A stretch of DNA of 32,306 bases from assembly GCA_037444665.1 (NCBI GenBank), contig JBBILZ010000027.1, positions 1 through 32,306 of the forward strand, read 5' to 3'. Position 1 is the first letter of the stretch; the number at the start of each line of letters is the position of its first letter. The stretch comes from a candidate division WOR-3 bacterium. Lineage in GTDB: Bacteria > Hydrothermota > Tepidihabitantia > SM23-42 > JAOAFX01. The notes below the pieces were generated by a model. The model was not told the origin of the DNA. It saw only the letters and a program-made list of their open reading frames with translations, and ran no database searches. This document shows, one piece after another, positions 19,977 through 28,008 of this stretch. The position numbers and the translations under genes are program-made.

Positions 19977-21974
19977 ATGGCGAAGCTATTATCTTCAAAT
20001 AAAATAAATATATACATTGGTATTGTTGTTATCATTACAATAACTTTTTTCAGCCTTTCACCTTGTATAGACAATGATTTCACAAACTGGGATGATGATG
20101 TATATGTTATAAACAATATCAATATCCGTTCATTAGTGCCCAATAATATATTTACAATTTTCAGTTCATTTTATTATGGTGGTTATATTCCATTGACCAT
20201 TATCTCTTTTGCGATAAATTACCATTTTTCACAAAACAATGCCAGTGCTTATCATTTAACCAACCTCATTATTCATATAATCAACAGTCTTTTGGTCTTC
20301 TGGTTTATATTTTTATTAACAAAAAATATTCCGATAGCAATGATTACGGGCTTATTCTTTGGAATTCATCCATTACATGTTGAATCTGTCGCATGGATTA
20401 CAGAGCGTAAGGATATGTTATACGCACTATTTTTTCTGACATCAACTATTTTCTATATTTATTATCTCCACAAGAAAACAAGTAAATTTTATTTTCTAAG
20501 TCTGCTCTCCTTTATCCTTTCGCTCCTTTCAAAACCTTCAGTAATTTCTCTGCCTTTTATATTATTGTTGATTGATTATTTTTATACAAAAAGAATAGAT
20601 AAAAATATGGTCCTAAAAAAAATTCCCTTTTTTATATTATCTCTGGTCTTCGCAATCCTTGCATTTATTGGGCAACGCTCAGTCAGTGCAGTACCTGCAA
20701 ATTTTTTACGCTCTCTACCGACCAATATAATAATTGCCCTGCGCATCATTATTTTTTACCTTTATAAAACCATTTTACCCATTAAACTTTCCTGTTTTTA
20801 TCCTGCTCCCGCAACAATTGACCAATGGCAATCAAAAATTTTTCTCTTTGCACCATTAATATTTCTGGGGCTGGTAATATTGATTATTATATCCAAAAAG
20901 ACTACACACAAAGTCATCTTTGCCAGTCTATTTTTTGCGTTTGCCATATTACCTGTGATACAATTAATTCCAATCGGACAATCAATAGCAGACCGTTATA
21001 CATATATTCCATTAATTGGTATATTCTATATTTTTGCTGAAGCCTGGACAAACCTGTATATAAAATCGCAAAAAATATTAAAAATATTTTTTATTGTAAT
21101 TATGGTCTTTATCATCTGCTGCTTTTCGTTCCTTTCTGCCAATAGATGCAAGGTCTGGAAGGACGGAATAACTCTCTGGAGTGATGTAATAAAACAGTAT
21201 CCTAATCTGGCAAAACCCTATAATAATCGCGGCATACTGTATGCTCAGAATAAACAATATGAGCTTGCCCTGCGCGACCTGAACCAATCCATTACTCTCA
21301 ATCCCAATCTTGCAGAAACATTTAACAATAGAGGACTCCTGTTCCTTTCAATTATGAATTATGAACAGGCAATCTCTGACTTCAATCAGGCATGCAAACT
21401 CAAACCCGATTATGCAGATCCATACCTGAATCGCGGACGCTGTTATCTCTCTCAAAATAGATTAGAACTGGCGCTCAATGACCTCCTTAGGGCAATCAGG
21501 CTCAATCCATTTTTAATAGATGCATACACCATTCGTGCCAGTATTTATACCCATTTAAAAAAATATCCGGAGGCAATTGCGGATTTTTCAAAAGCAATAA
21601 AGCTCAATCCATACAATGCTGAATCATATAATAGTCGTGGAATACTCTATTGTTATGAAAATAAATATGACCTGGCAATTGCCGACTTTAACCAGGCAAT
21701 AGCATTGAAACCAGAAGAGCCAAAAGCCTATAATAATCGTGGTAATGCCTATGCCACAATTGGCAGAATGGATAAAGCAATTGCCGACTTCACTAAAGTT
21801 CTCAGTATTGATTCTACTTATGTTGATACATACTACAATCGTGCGCTTGCCTACTTCTTGAATAAAAATTATGACCTGGCTTTGCAAGACCTGTTAAAAT
21901 ATAAAGAACTCGGTTATCAAGTCCCTCAAGAACTTTTTCAGAGCATTTCTGATTCTTTATCATCTCACCGGTAA
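19977..21974 (+). CDS. TMTC-like GT-C membrane glycosyltransferase with C-terminal TPR repeats
   Basis: FTNWDD acidic loop, HPLHVESVAWITERKD, ADRYTYIP, many TM helices, then repeated YNNRG TPRs. Confidence 0.82.
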   Translation: MAKLLSSNKINIYIGIVVIITITFFSLSPCIDNDFTNWDDDVYVINNINIRSLVPNNIFTIFSSFYYGGYIPLTIISFAINYHFSQNNASAYHLTNLIIHIINSLLVFWFIFLLTKNIPIAMITGLFFGIHPLHVESVAWITERKDMLYALFFLTSTIFYIYYLHKKTSKFYFLSLLSFILSLLSKPSVISLPFILLLIDYFYTKRIDKNMVLKKIPFFILSLVFAILAFIGQRSVSAVPANFLRSLPTNIIIALRIIIFYLYKTILPIKLSCFYPAPATIDQWQSKIFLFAPLIFLGLVILIIISKKTTHKVIFASLFFAFAILPVIQLIPIGQSIADRYTYIPLIGIFYIFAEAWTNLYIKSQKILKIFFIVIMVFIICCFSFLSANRCKVWKDGITLWSDVIKQYPNLAKPYNNRGILYAQNKQYELALRDLNQSITLNPNLAETFNNRGLLFLSIMNYEQAISDFNQACKLKPDYADPYLNRGRCYLSQNRLELALNDLLRAIRLNPFLIDAYTIRASIYTHLKKYPEAIADFSKAIKLNPYNAESYNSRGILYCYENKYDLAIADFNQAIALKPEEPKAYNNRGNAYATIGRMDKAIADFTKVLSIDSTYVDTYYNRALAYFLNKNYDLALQDLLKYKELGYQVPQELFQSISDSLSSHR

Positions 21975-22029
21975 AACATTTCATAGCACTTCAACCTACT
22001 TCTTTCCGTTAAAACAAAAAATAATTTTA

Positions 22030-22057
22030 TTGACAATTTGTGCTAAAGGGTTATAAT
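22030..22057 (+). promoter_or_regulatory. Sigma70-type promoter
   Basis: TTGACA-N16-TATAAT. Confidence 0.75.
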
Positions 22058-22071
22058 TATTATAAATTGTT

Positions 22072-23448
22072 ATGGATGAAGAATATCATACACCGGGCTT
22101 AGATATTGAAAAAATCCTTGAGAATGCGGTGCACGCTGCTGAAATATTCCGAACCTATGACCAGATAAAAATTGACCAAATCACTGAAGCAGTTTATAGA
22201 GCCGGTTTTGATAATCGCCACCACCTGGCAAAACTCGCATTTAAAGAAACCAGATTGGGAAGATGGGAGGATAAAGTTATCAAAAATGCAATTGCAACAA
22301 AAATTGTATATGAAGATATTAAAGATACAAAGACAGTCGGAATAATAAATGAAGATAAAGCACAGGGGATAGTTGAAATTGCAGAACCAGTTGGCCCAAT
22401 ATTTGCAATGACGCCAATTACCAATCCTACCTCTACCGCTCTGTTTAAGATTATAATTGCTGTCAAAACACGGAATCCCATCATCATTCGTCCACACGGT
22501 TCAGCAAAAAAGTGCACTACTGAAGCATGCCGAATTCTTTATGAAGCCGCAGTCAATACTGGTGCACCAGAACACTGTGTTCAGTGGTTAAAGACATCTA
22601 CAAAAGAAGAGGTTTTAACTTTGATGTCCCATAAAAAAATTTCTCTTAATCTTATTACTGGTTCTCTTGAACTTGTGCGGGCTGCTTACCGTTCCGGCAA
22701 TCCAACAATTGGTGTTGGTCCAGGAAATGTCCCGGTCTTTATCAGTAAAAGTGCGGATATCCCATTTGCTGTGGAACAAATTCTTATATCCAAAACATTT
22801 GATAATGGAACCATCTGTGCAAGTGAACAGGCAGTGGTTGTTGAACAAGATATTGCCGAAAAAGTAATTGAAGAATTTAAAAAACAAAAGGCATATTTTT
22901 TGTCTGAAGCAGAAATCAAACTTTTGGAGCCAGTAGCCTTTGATTGTAGCAAAAATGTAATGAAAGTTGAAGTTATCGGACAGCCAGCATCATTAATTGC
23001 TGAAATGGCAGGTTTCAAAGTGCCCGGCGACACCTCAATTCTAATTGCTCCACTCAAAGAAATTGGACCCCATTGCCCTTTATCAATGGAGATTCTTGCT
23101 CCTATATTGGCATTTTACATTGTAGATAACTTTAATGATGCATTGGAACTCTGTTACCGGGTCAATCAGCATGGTGGGCTCGGACATACTGCAAGCATCT
23201 TTACTACCCAGGAATCTGAAATTGAGCAATTCGCTTCAAGAATTAAGGCGGGAAGAATTCTCGTAAACACACCTGCCTCACATGGTGCACTGGGTGGAAC
23301 ATACAACAAACTCAAGCCTTCGTTTGTGCTTGCCTGCGGCACAATAGGTAAAAATATAACTGCTGATAACATAACAGTTAGACATCTTCTTAATATCCAC
23401 CGTATAGCGATAAGAAAAGAATGTCCTGATATGAAAAATTTTTTATGA
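22072..23448 (+). CDS. CoA-acylating aldehyde dehydrogenase (stand-alone AdhE-N/EutE-like)
   Basis: EDKVIKN, PITNPTST, GVGPGN, SKTFDNGTICASEQ (catalytic Cys), GHTASI, RILVNTP; no ADH domain. Confidence 0.88.
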   Translation: MDEEYHTPGLDIEKILENAVHAAEIFRTYDQIKIDQITEAVYRAGFDNRHHLAKLAFKETRLGRWEDKVIKNAIATKIVYEDIKDTKTVGIINEDKAQGIVEIAEPVGPIFAMTPITNPTSTALFKIIIAVKTRNPIIIRPHGSAKKCTTEACRILYEAAVNTGAPEHCVQWLKTSTKEEVLTLMSHKKISLNLITGSLELVRAAYRSGNPTIGVGPGNVPVFISKSADIPFAVEQILISKTFDNGTICASEQAVVVEQDIAEKVIEEFKKQKAYFLSEAEIKLLEPVAFDCSKNVMKVEVIGQPASLIAEMAGFKVPGDTSILIAPLKEIGPHCPLSMEILAPILAFYIVDNFNDALELCYRVNQHGGLGHTASIFTTQESEIEQFASRIKAGRILVNTPASHGALGGTYNKLKPSFVLACGTIGKNITADNITVRHLLNIHRIAIRKECPDMKNFL

Positions 23449-23455
23449 AGAGTCA

Positions 23456-23483
23456 TTGACAATTATTCCAAAATTGCTATAAT
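23456..23483 (+). promoter_or_regulatory. Sigma70-type promoter for tRNA-Arg-tadA
   Basis: TTGACA-N16-TATAAT with an extended TG, 8 nt before the tRNA. Confidence 0.8.
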
Positions 23484-23491
23484 CAGAATAT

Positions 23492-23565
23492 GCGCCCGTA
23501 GCTCAACTGGATAGAGCGGCGGACTACGAATCCGCAGGCTACGTGTTCAAATCACGTCGGGCGCG
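23492..23565 (+). tRNA. tRNA-Arg(ACG)
   Basis: Acceptor GCGCCCG/CGGGCGC, anticodon arm GCGGA-CTACGAA-TCCGC, T arm ACGTG-TTCAAAT-CACGT; no encoded CCA. Confidence 0.95.
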
Positions 23566-23627
23566 ATATTGAAAAACAATGGAGAGGATTGATAATTGAA
23601 ATTTAAATACGAATAGCGAGGTCTATC

Positions 23628-24080
23628 TTGGATGACAAATTCTATATGCGTGAGGCACTAAAAGAAGCACAAAAGGCATTTGCTGAGGATGAGGTACCCA
23701 TCGGTGCGGTAGCGGTTTATAAAAATCAGATTATTGGTCGCGGGCATAATAGAACTGAACACCTGCAGGATTCTACAGCCCACGCAGAGATAATTGCTCT
23801 CACTGCAGCTGCAAATGCGCTTAGTACATGGCGTTTGAACGATGTGATAATCTATACTACAATAGAACCCTGTATTATGTGTGCTGGGGCACTGGTGCTG
23901 GCGCGGGTAAAAAAGATTGTTTTTGGAGCAAGGGATGAAAAGTTTGGTGGTTGTGGTTCAATTTTCAACATTGTGCAGGAAAAAAGATTAAATCACCAGA
24001 TTGAAGTCATTGAAGGTGTTCTGAAGGATGATGCATTGATATTGATAAAAAAATTTTTTGCAAAAAAGAGAAAAAAATAA
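23628..24080 (+). CDS. tadA: tRNA adenosine(34) deaminase TadA
   Basis: EVPIGAV, TAHAEI, EPCIMCAGA Zn motifs, FF near the C-terminus. Confidence 0.92.
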   Translation: MDDKFYMREALKEAQKAFAEDEVPIGAVAVYKNQIIGRGHNRTEHLQDSTAHAEIIALTAAANALSTWRLNDVIIYTTIEPCIMCAGALVLARVKKIVFGARDEKFGGCGSIFNIVQEKRLNHQIEVIEGVLKDDALILIKKFFAKKRKK

Positions 24081-24162
24081 ATGAGAAATTATTTCTGGTA
24101 GAGTAAAGATTAAGGATTAAGTGATGATGCGTGAGAACAGGTTAACGAGGGGGATTAGAAAC

Positions 24163-24289
24163 AGATGGTTGTTCGGTTGTGGGTTTGGATGCTCGTTTCG
24201 TTTAAGGGTTTGGTCGTTTGTATTTAAAGACCCTAACCCTTTGACGATTGACGAAACGAGTTTCGCAACCGCATAACAATTGACGATCT
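24163..24289 (+). other. Long imperfect hairpin (possible structured RNA) directly before tRNA-Ser
   Basis: Nested pairings: 24174-82/24263-71, 24191-202/24250-61, 24204-10/24235-41, 24212-15/24229-32, with several G-U pairs. Confidence 0.55.
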
Positions 24290-24294
24290 TTTTA

Positions 24295-24384
24295 GGAGAG
24301 ATGGCCGAGTGGACTAAGGCGCCCCGCTCGAAACGGGGTATCCCGCCAAAATCGGGATCGGGGGTTCAAATCCCTCTCTCTCCG
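24295..24384 (+). tRNA. tRNA-Ser(CGA)
   Basis: Acceptor GGAGAGA/TCTCTCC, anticodon arm CCCCG-CTCGAAA-CGGGG, long variable arm, T loop TTCAAAT; no encoded CCA. Confidence 0.95.
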
Positions 24385-24508
24385 TAAACAAGATTTAATC
24401 CCTTCAGCTCATCCTCAACCCCCACTATAATCTGAAGTTTTTAGCTCAACGGATTTGTCATAATCCTACTTTTTATAATAATTAAACCACTGTTGGATTA
24501 TGAACTTC

Positions 24509-24522
24509 TCCCTCTCTCTCCG
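24509..24522 (+). repeat. 14-bp direct repeat of the tRNA-Ser 3' end
   Basis: TCCCTCTCTCTCCG is identical to 24371-24384. Confidence 0.65.
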
Positions 24523-24550
24523 CATCCTAAACTTCCCCCCCACTACTAAT

Positions 24551-26551
24551 CTAAAATACATCTATTGGGTCAACATCAATTTCTAATTTTGTTCTGGTAA
24601 GCGAAATTTGCTTTAAAAATTTTAATTTACGATGGTCAAATTTTAATGGTGCTTTGATTAAAATATAAACACGATATCTATCTCTTATCTTATAATAGAA
24701 CGACTGATTCGGACCATAAATATTTATATTTTTCAAGTGTTTCAATGAGTCATAAATTTTCTTTGCATCTTCCCAAACATTCTTTTCTGTTTTTGCTGAA
24801 AGACGGACAAGAATCAGCCCGCGGCTGATTCTTGAACCCAATTCCTTCCGTAACTTCATCTCCTGGGCATAAAATTTCGGGTAATTCTGCAATTGACTGA
24901 AAAGTATTGAGTATTGTTCAGGATGGTATGTCTGTATTAAAACTCTTCCTGGCTTATGCCCCCTACCTGCCCTGCCTGCGACCTGTGTGAGAATCTGAAA
25001 TGTTTTTTCACTACCGCGAAAATCTGGCAAATTTAGAATTGTATCTGCATTAACAATACCCACAAATGTGACATTAGGAAAATCAAATCCTTTAGTGACA
25101 AGTTGAGTGCCAACAAGAATCTTTGCCCGCTGCTCCTCAAATTTTTTTAAAATGGCATCTGCCTGTCCCTTTTTCCGGGCAATATCACGGTCCAGTCGTA
25201 ATACAATATGTTCCGCTAACTCTTCCTTTTTTTCAGATGTTTTATTATTCGCAATTTCACTTTTAATAAGATTTTTAATCAATTCTTCAATCCGTTGTAT
25301 ACCTGCACCACGATACAAAAGAGTTGATTTACCACAATGCGGGCATATACTAAAGTAATCTGTTTTATAGTCGCAAGTATGGCAGGCAAGAATTGAACTA
25401 CCATTTTTTTCAGACTGTCTATGATAGACCAGGGGTAATTTACAGAATGGACAACGCACAAGATAACCACAATTAGGACAGATTAAACTTGGCGCAAAAC
25501 CTCTACGGTTTAAAAATAATATTGCCTGTTCATCTTTCTGCAGAACCTCTTTTATTAAATCCGCAAATTTTTTTGATACAAATCTTCCGCCCTCCTGTTT
25601 TAAATCAATTACCTCAACTGATGGTAAGGGTCGTGCATCAATCCGCTCTTTCAAAGTCAGAAGTCCATACTTTCCAATACCTGCATTGTAGTATGTTTCA
25701 ATCTGAGGGGTTGCACTACCAAGGATAACACAAATATTTTCAATCTTTGCCCTGACCACTGCAACATCCCGGGCATTATATTTTACAGATTGCTGATGTT
25801 CCTTATAAGAATGGTCATGTTCTTCATCAACAATGATTACCTTTAAATCAGGTATTGGCAGAAATATTGCACTGCGTGGGCCAATTATCACCTTATATGT
25901 ACCATTCTTAATTGCGTACCATACCTGGCGTCGCTCTTTCTCAGTCATTGCTGAGTGAATCGTTACTGTATCTCTACCAAACCGCTCAGAAAATCGCTTT
26001 AACAACAACGGAGTCATTGATATTTCGGGCACAAGCACGAGTGCCCTGCCGCCATTTTTTAGAACACTATCAACAACGCGTAAATAGACTTCGGTTTTGC
26101 CGCTCCCGGTTATCCCAAAAAGTAAAAAAACTTTGAATGTATTTTTTCTCAAAAAATAGAGAATTTGCCGAATGGCATTATTTTGATAATATGTAGGAAC
26201 TGGTTCTTTAACTCTTACAGGCATTGCCTGCACAGGTTTTATAATATCAAACTTTTTCAATATCTTCGGTGGAAATGCCTGTTTCAAAACTTCACCGTAA
26301 GTTGAAATATAATATCCCGCAATCCATTTATACATTGCCAACAGAGTGGGTGGAATAAATCTTTTTTCTACAAGTTTTTGCACATTTTTTAGATTAGGAA
26401 ATTCAGATTTGACATTTGTTGCCACAACAATACCATACTTAAACTTATTTCGCAATGGCACAAGAACCAGGTCGCCTGGCTGTAAATCAAATTCGGTCTT
26501 GTAAGTTAAATAATCAAACTTTGTATTAGGTATTGCCACATCAACCAGCAT
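24551..26551 (-). CDS. priA: Primosomal protein N' (replication restart helicase)
   Basis: GITGSGKTEVY, LVPEISMT, DEEHD, SATP, LNRRGF, four CxxC pairs, QVAGRAGR, C-terminal DVDP. Confidence 0.95.
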   Translation of the reverse strand: MLVDVAIPNTKFDYLTYKTEFDLQPGDLVLVPLRNKFKYGIVVATNVKSEFPNLKNVQKLVEKRFIPPTLLAMYKWIAGYYISTYGEVLKQAFPPKILKKFDIIKPVQAMPVRVKEPVPTYYQNNAIRQILYFLRKNTFKVFLLFGITGSGKTEVYLRVVDSVLKNGGRALVLVPEISMTPLLLKRFSERFGRDTVTIHSAMTEKERRQVWYAIKNGTYKVIIGPRSAIFLPIPDLKVIIVDEEHDHSYKEHQQSVKYNARDVAVVRAKIENICVILGSATPQIETYYNAGIGKYGLLTLKERIDARPLPSVEVIDLKQEGGRFVSKKFADLIKEVLQKDEQAILFLNRRGFAPSLICPNCGYLVRCPFCKLPLVYHRQSEKNGSSILACHTCDYKTDYFSICPHCGKSTLLYRGAGIQRIEELIKNLIKSEIANNKTSEKKEELAEHIVLRLDRDIARKKGQADAILKKFEEQRAKILVGTQLVTKGFDFPNVTFVGIVNADTILNLPDFRGSEKTFQILTQVAGRAGRGHKPGRVLIQTYHPEQYSILFSQLQNYPKFYAQEMKLRKELGSRISRGLILVRLSAKTEKNVWEDAKKIYDSLKHLKNINIYGPNQSFYYKIRDRYRVYILIKAPLKFDHRKLKFLKQISLTRTKLEIDVDPIDVF

Positions 26552-26619
26552 AATTCAAATCCTGTCTTTTGATATTACCAATCTATATAAACCAATGAAA
26601 AAATCACCGAACCATCCCC

Positions 26620-26674
26620 TTATTCATATATCGACAATGGTGCATATGTAAATATGTACAATGGTACAATGGTA
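26620..26674. repeat. 55-bp direct repeat, copy 1 (downstream of the ArsR gene, upstream of priA)
   Basis: TTATTCATATATCGACAATGGTGCATATGTAAATATGTACAATGGTACAATGGTA. Confidence 0.85.
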
Positions 26675-26679
26675 AATAA

Positions 26680-27018
26680 TCACTCGTCATATTGAACTTT
26701 AGAGTAAGTTCGATGGACAAATTCATTGAGGCTCTTAAGAATCTTCCGCATTTCATCAGGATATTTAATCCAATAGAAAGAACCGTTAATTCTTGTTTCA
26801 AAACGAACAATCTCCAAATTTTTTAATTGCCCAAGGTGGTGTGATACAGTAGATTGTGAACGCCTGATAGAGCGTGCAATTTCTGATACATATTGAGGAC
26901 CATTATCCAGAAGCAATCTGATGATTGAGTACTTAGCTGGTTCACCCAGTGCCTTTGCAACCCGTGATTCACGATAATATATCTCCCTCATTGGCTTCAA
27001 ACCGATGTTCTTTGCCAT
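26680..27018 (-). CDS. ArsR/SmtB-family winged-helix regulator (no Cys)
   Basis: KALGEPAKYSIIRLL...VSEIA...SQSTVSHHLGQLKNLEIV; AAAGGAG SD. Confidence 0.85.
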   Translation of the reverse strand: MAKNIGLKPMREIYYRESRVAKALGEPAKYSIIRLLLDNGPQYVSEIARSIRRSQSTVSHHLGQLKNLEIVRFETRINGSFYWIKYPDEMRKILKSLNEFVHRTYSKVQYDE

Positions 27019-27042
27019 AATACTCCTTTCCTTTTTGCAATA

Positions 27043-27070
27043 ATTATAACCAACCTATGGAAAATTTCAA
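27043..27070 (-). promoter_or_regulatory. Sigma70-type promoter for the ArsR gene
   Basis: Minus strand TTGAAA-N16-TATAAT. Confidence 0.65.
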
Positions 27071-27110
27071 TATTCAAAAACAAACATTACACACATCAAC
27101 TTTCAAAGGG

Positions 27111-27165
27111 TTATTCATATATCGACAATGGTGCATATGTAAATATGTGCAATGGTGCAATGGTA
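27111..27165. repeat. 55-bp direct repeat, copy 2 (upstream of the ArsR gene)
   Basis: 53/55 identical to 26620-26674. Confidence 0.85.
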
Positions 27166-27323
27166 GATATAATGTTTGGTGGCGAAGTGCGGTATTGCTG
27201 TGGATTATTATGTATGATAGCAGTTAATTTTATTGTAGAAGCTGTTGTAGTAGCGCATAGCAGCTACATTTTGAGGTAATGAACTACCATAAGTTATAGT
27301 AATAGTTATTGTAGCCAACTACC

Positions 27324-27986
27324 TCAATCGTTCTGTCCTATTTTTAATTGCTCCATTATTTTTTCGCCTGCAGATGTGCCAATGCGGTTTGCTCCCGCAT
27401 TGATAAATGCAAGGGCTGTTTCATAATCCCTGATTCCGCCAGAAGCCTTAACTCCAAATTTGGGACCAACAATTTTTCTCAACAATTTTACATCTTCAAT
27501 TTTTGCCCCTTCACGGGAAAAACCAGTTGAGGTCTTAACAAAATGCGCTCCGCTTTCTTTAATGATATTGGCTGATGATATTTTTTCCTGTTCTGTAAGA
27601 AGACAGGTTTCAATAATTACCTTCACCACCCTATTCTCAGCTGCCGTAACAATCGCCTTAATCTCCCTGCCCACATATTTGTAATCTCCGCTCTTTAACC
27701 TTCCGATATTCATAACCATATCAATTTCATCACAACCCATTTTTATCAAATCTTCAGTTGCATACACTTTTGTTTTTGTCGTTGATGCGCCAAGTGGAAA
27801 ACCAACAACACTACAAATTTTTATATCATCAGGTAATTCTTTCCGCGCCAGTTCTACCCAGCACGGATTGACACAGGCAGAAAAAAATTTATATTTTTTT
27901 ACACCGGCGATAAATTTCAGAATATCTTGCTTTGTGGCATCTGCCTTTAAAATTGTCTGGTCAATGAATTGATTTATATCCTTCAT
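27324..27986 (-). CDS. deoC: Deoxyribose-phosphate aldolase
   Basis: VGFPLGA, DEIDMVMN, KVIIET, FVKTSTGF, VKASGGIR, RIGTS. Confidence 0.95.
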   Translation of the reverse strand: MKDINQFIDQTILKADATKQDILKFIAGVKKYKFFSACVNPCWVELARKELPDDIKICSVVGFPLGASTTKTKVYATEDLIKMGCDEIDMVMNIGRLKSGDYKYVGREIKAIVTAAENRVVKVIIETCLLTEQEKISSANIIKESGAHFVKTSTGFSREGAKIEDVKLLRKIVGPKFGVKASGGIRDYETALAFINAGANRIGTSAGEKIMEQLKIGQND

Positions 27987-28008
27987 AGTTCACCCCGCAA
28001 AATTTATA

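Noticed and set aside
21220..21890. Repeated DNA words such as GCAATTGCCGACTT and TATAATAATCG
   Set aside because: They reflect TPR protein repeats, not a CRISPR or DNA repeat element
24081..24294. SRP RNA (ffs/scr), expected near tadA/tRNA-Ser in some phyla
   Set aside because: No CAGG-GNRA-AGCAG domain IV motif was found on reading
26620..27165. CRISPR array or IS ends
   Set aside because: Only two long direct repeats around a gene; no spacers, cas genes, terminal inverted repeats or transposase
27172..27327. 35-codon plus-strand ORF and weak hairpins (AGCTGTTG/TAGCAGCT; TTGAGGTA/TACCTCAA) downstream of deoC
   Set aside because: No SD, and the stems are short and imperfect; could be degenerate REP or terminator sequence but this is not supportable
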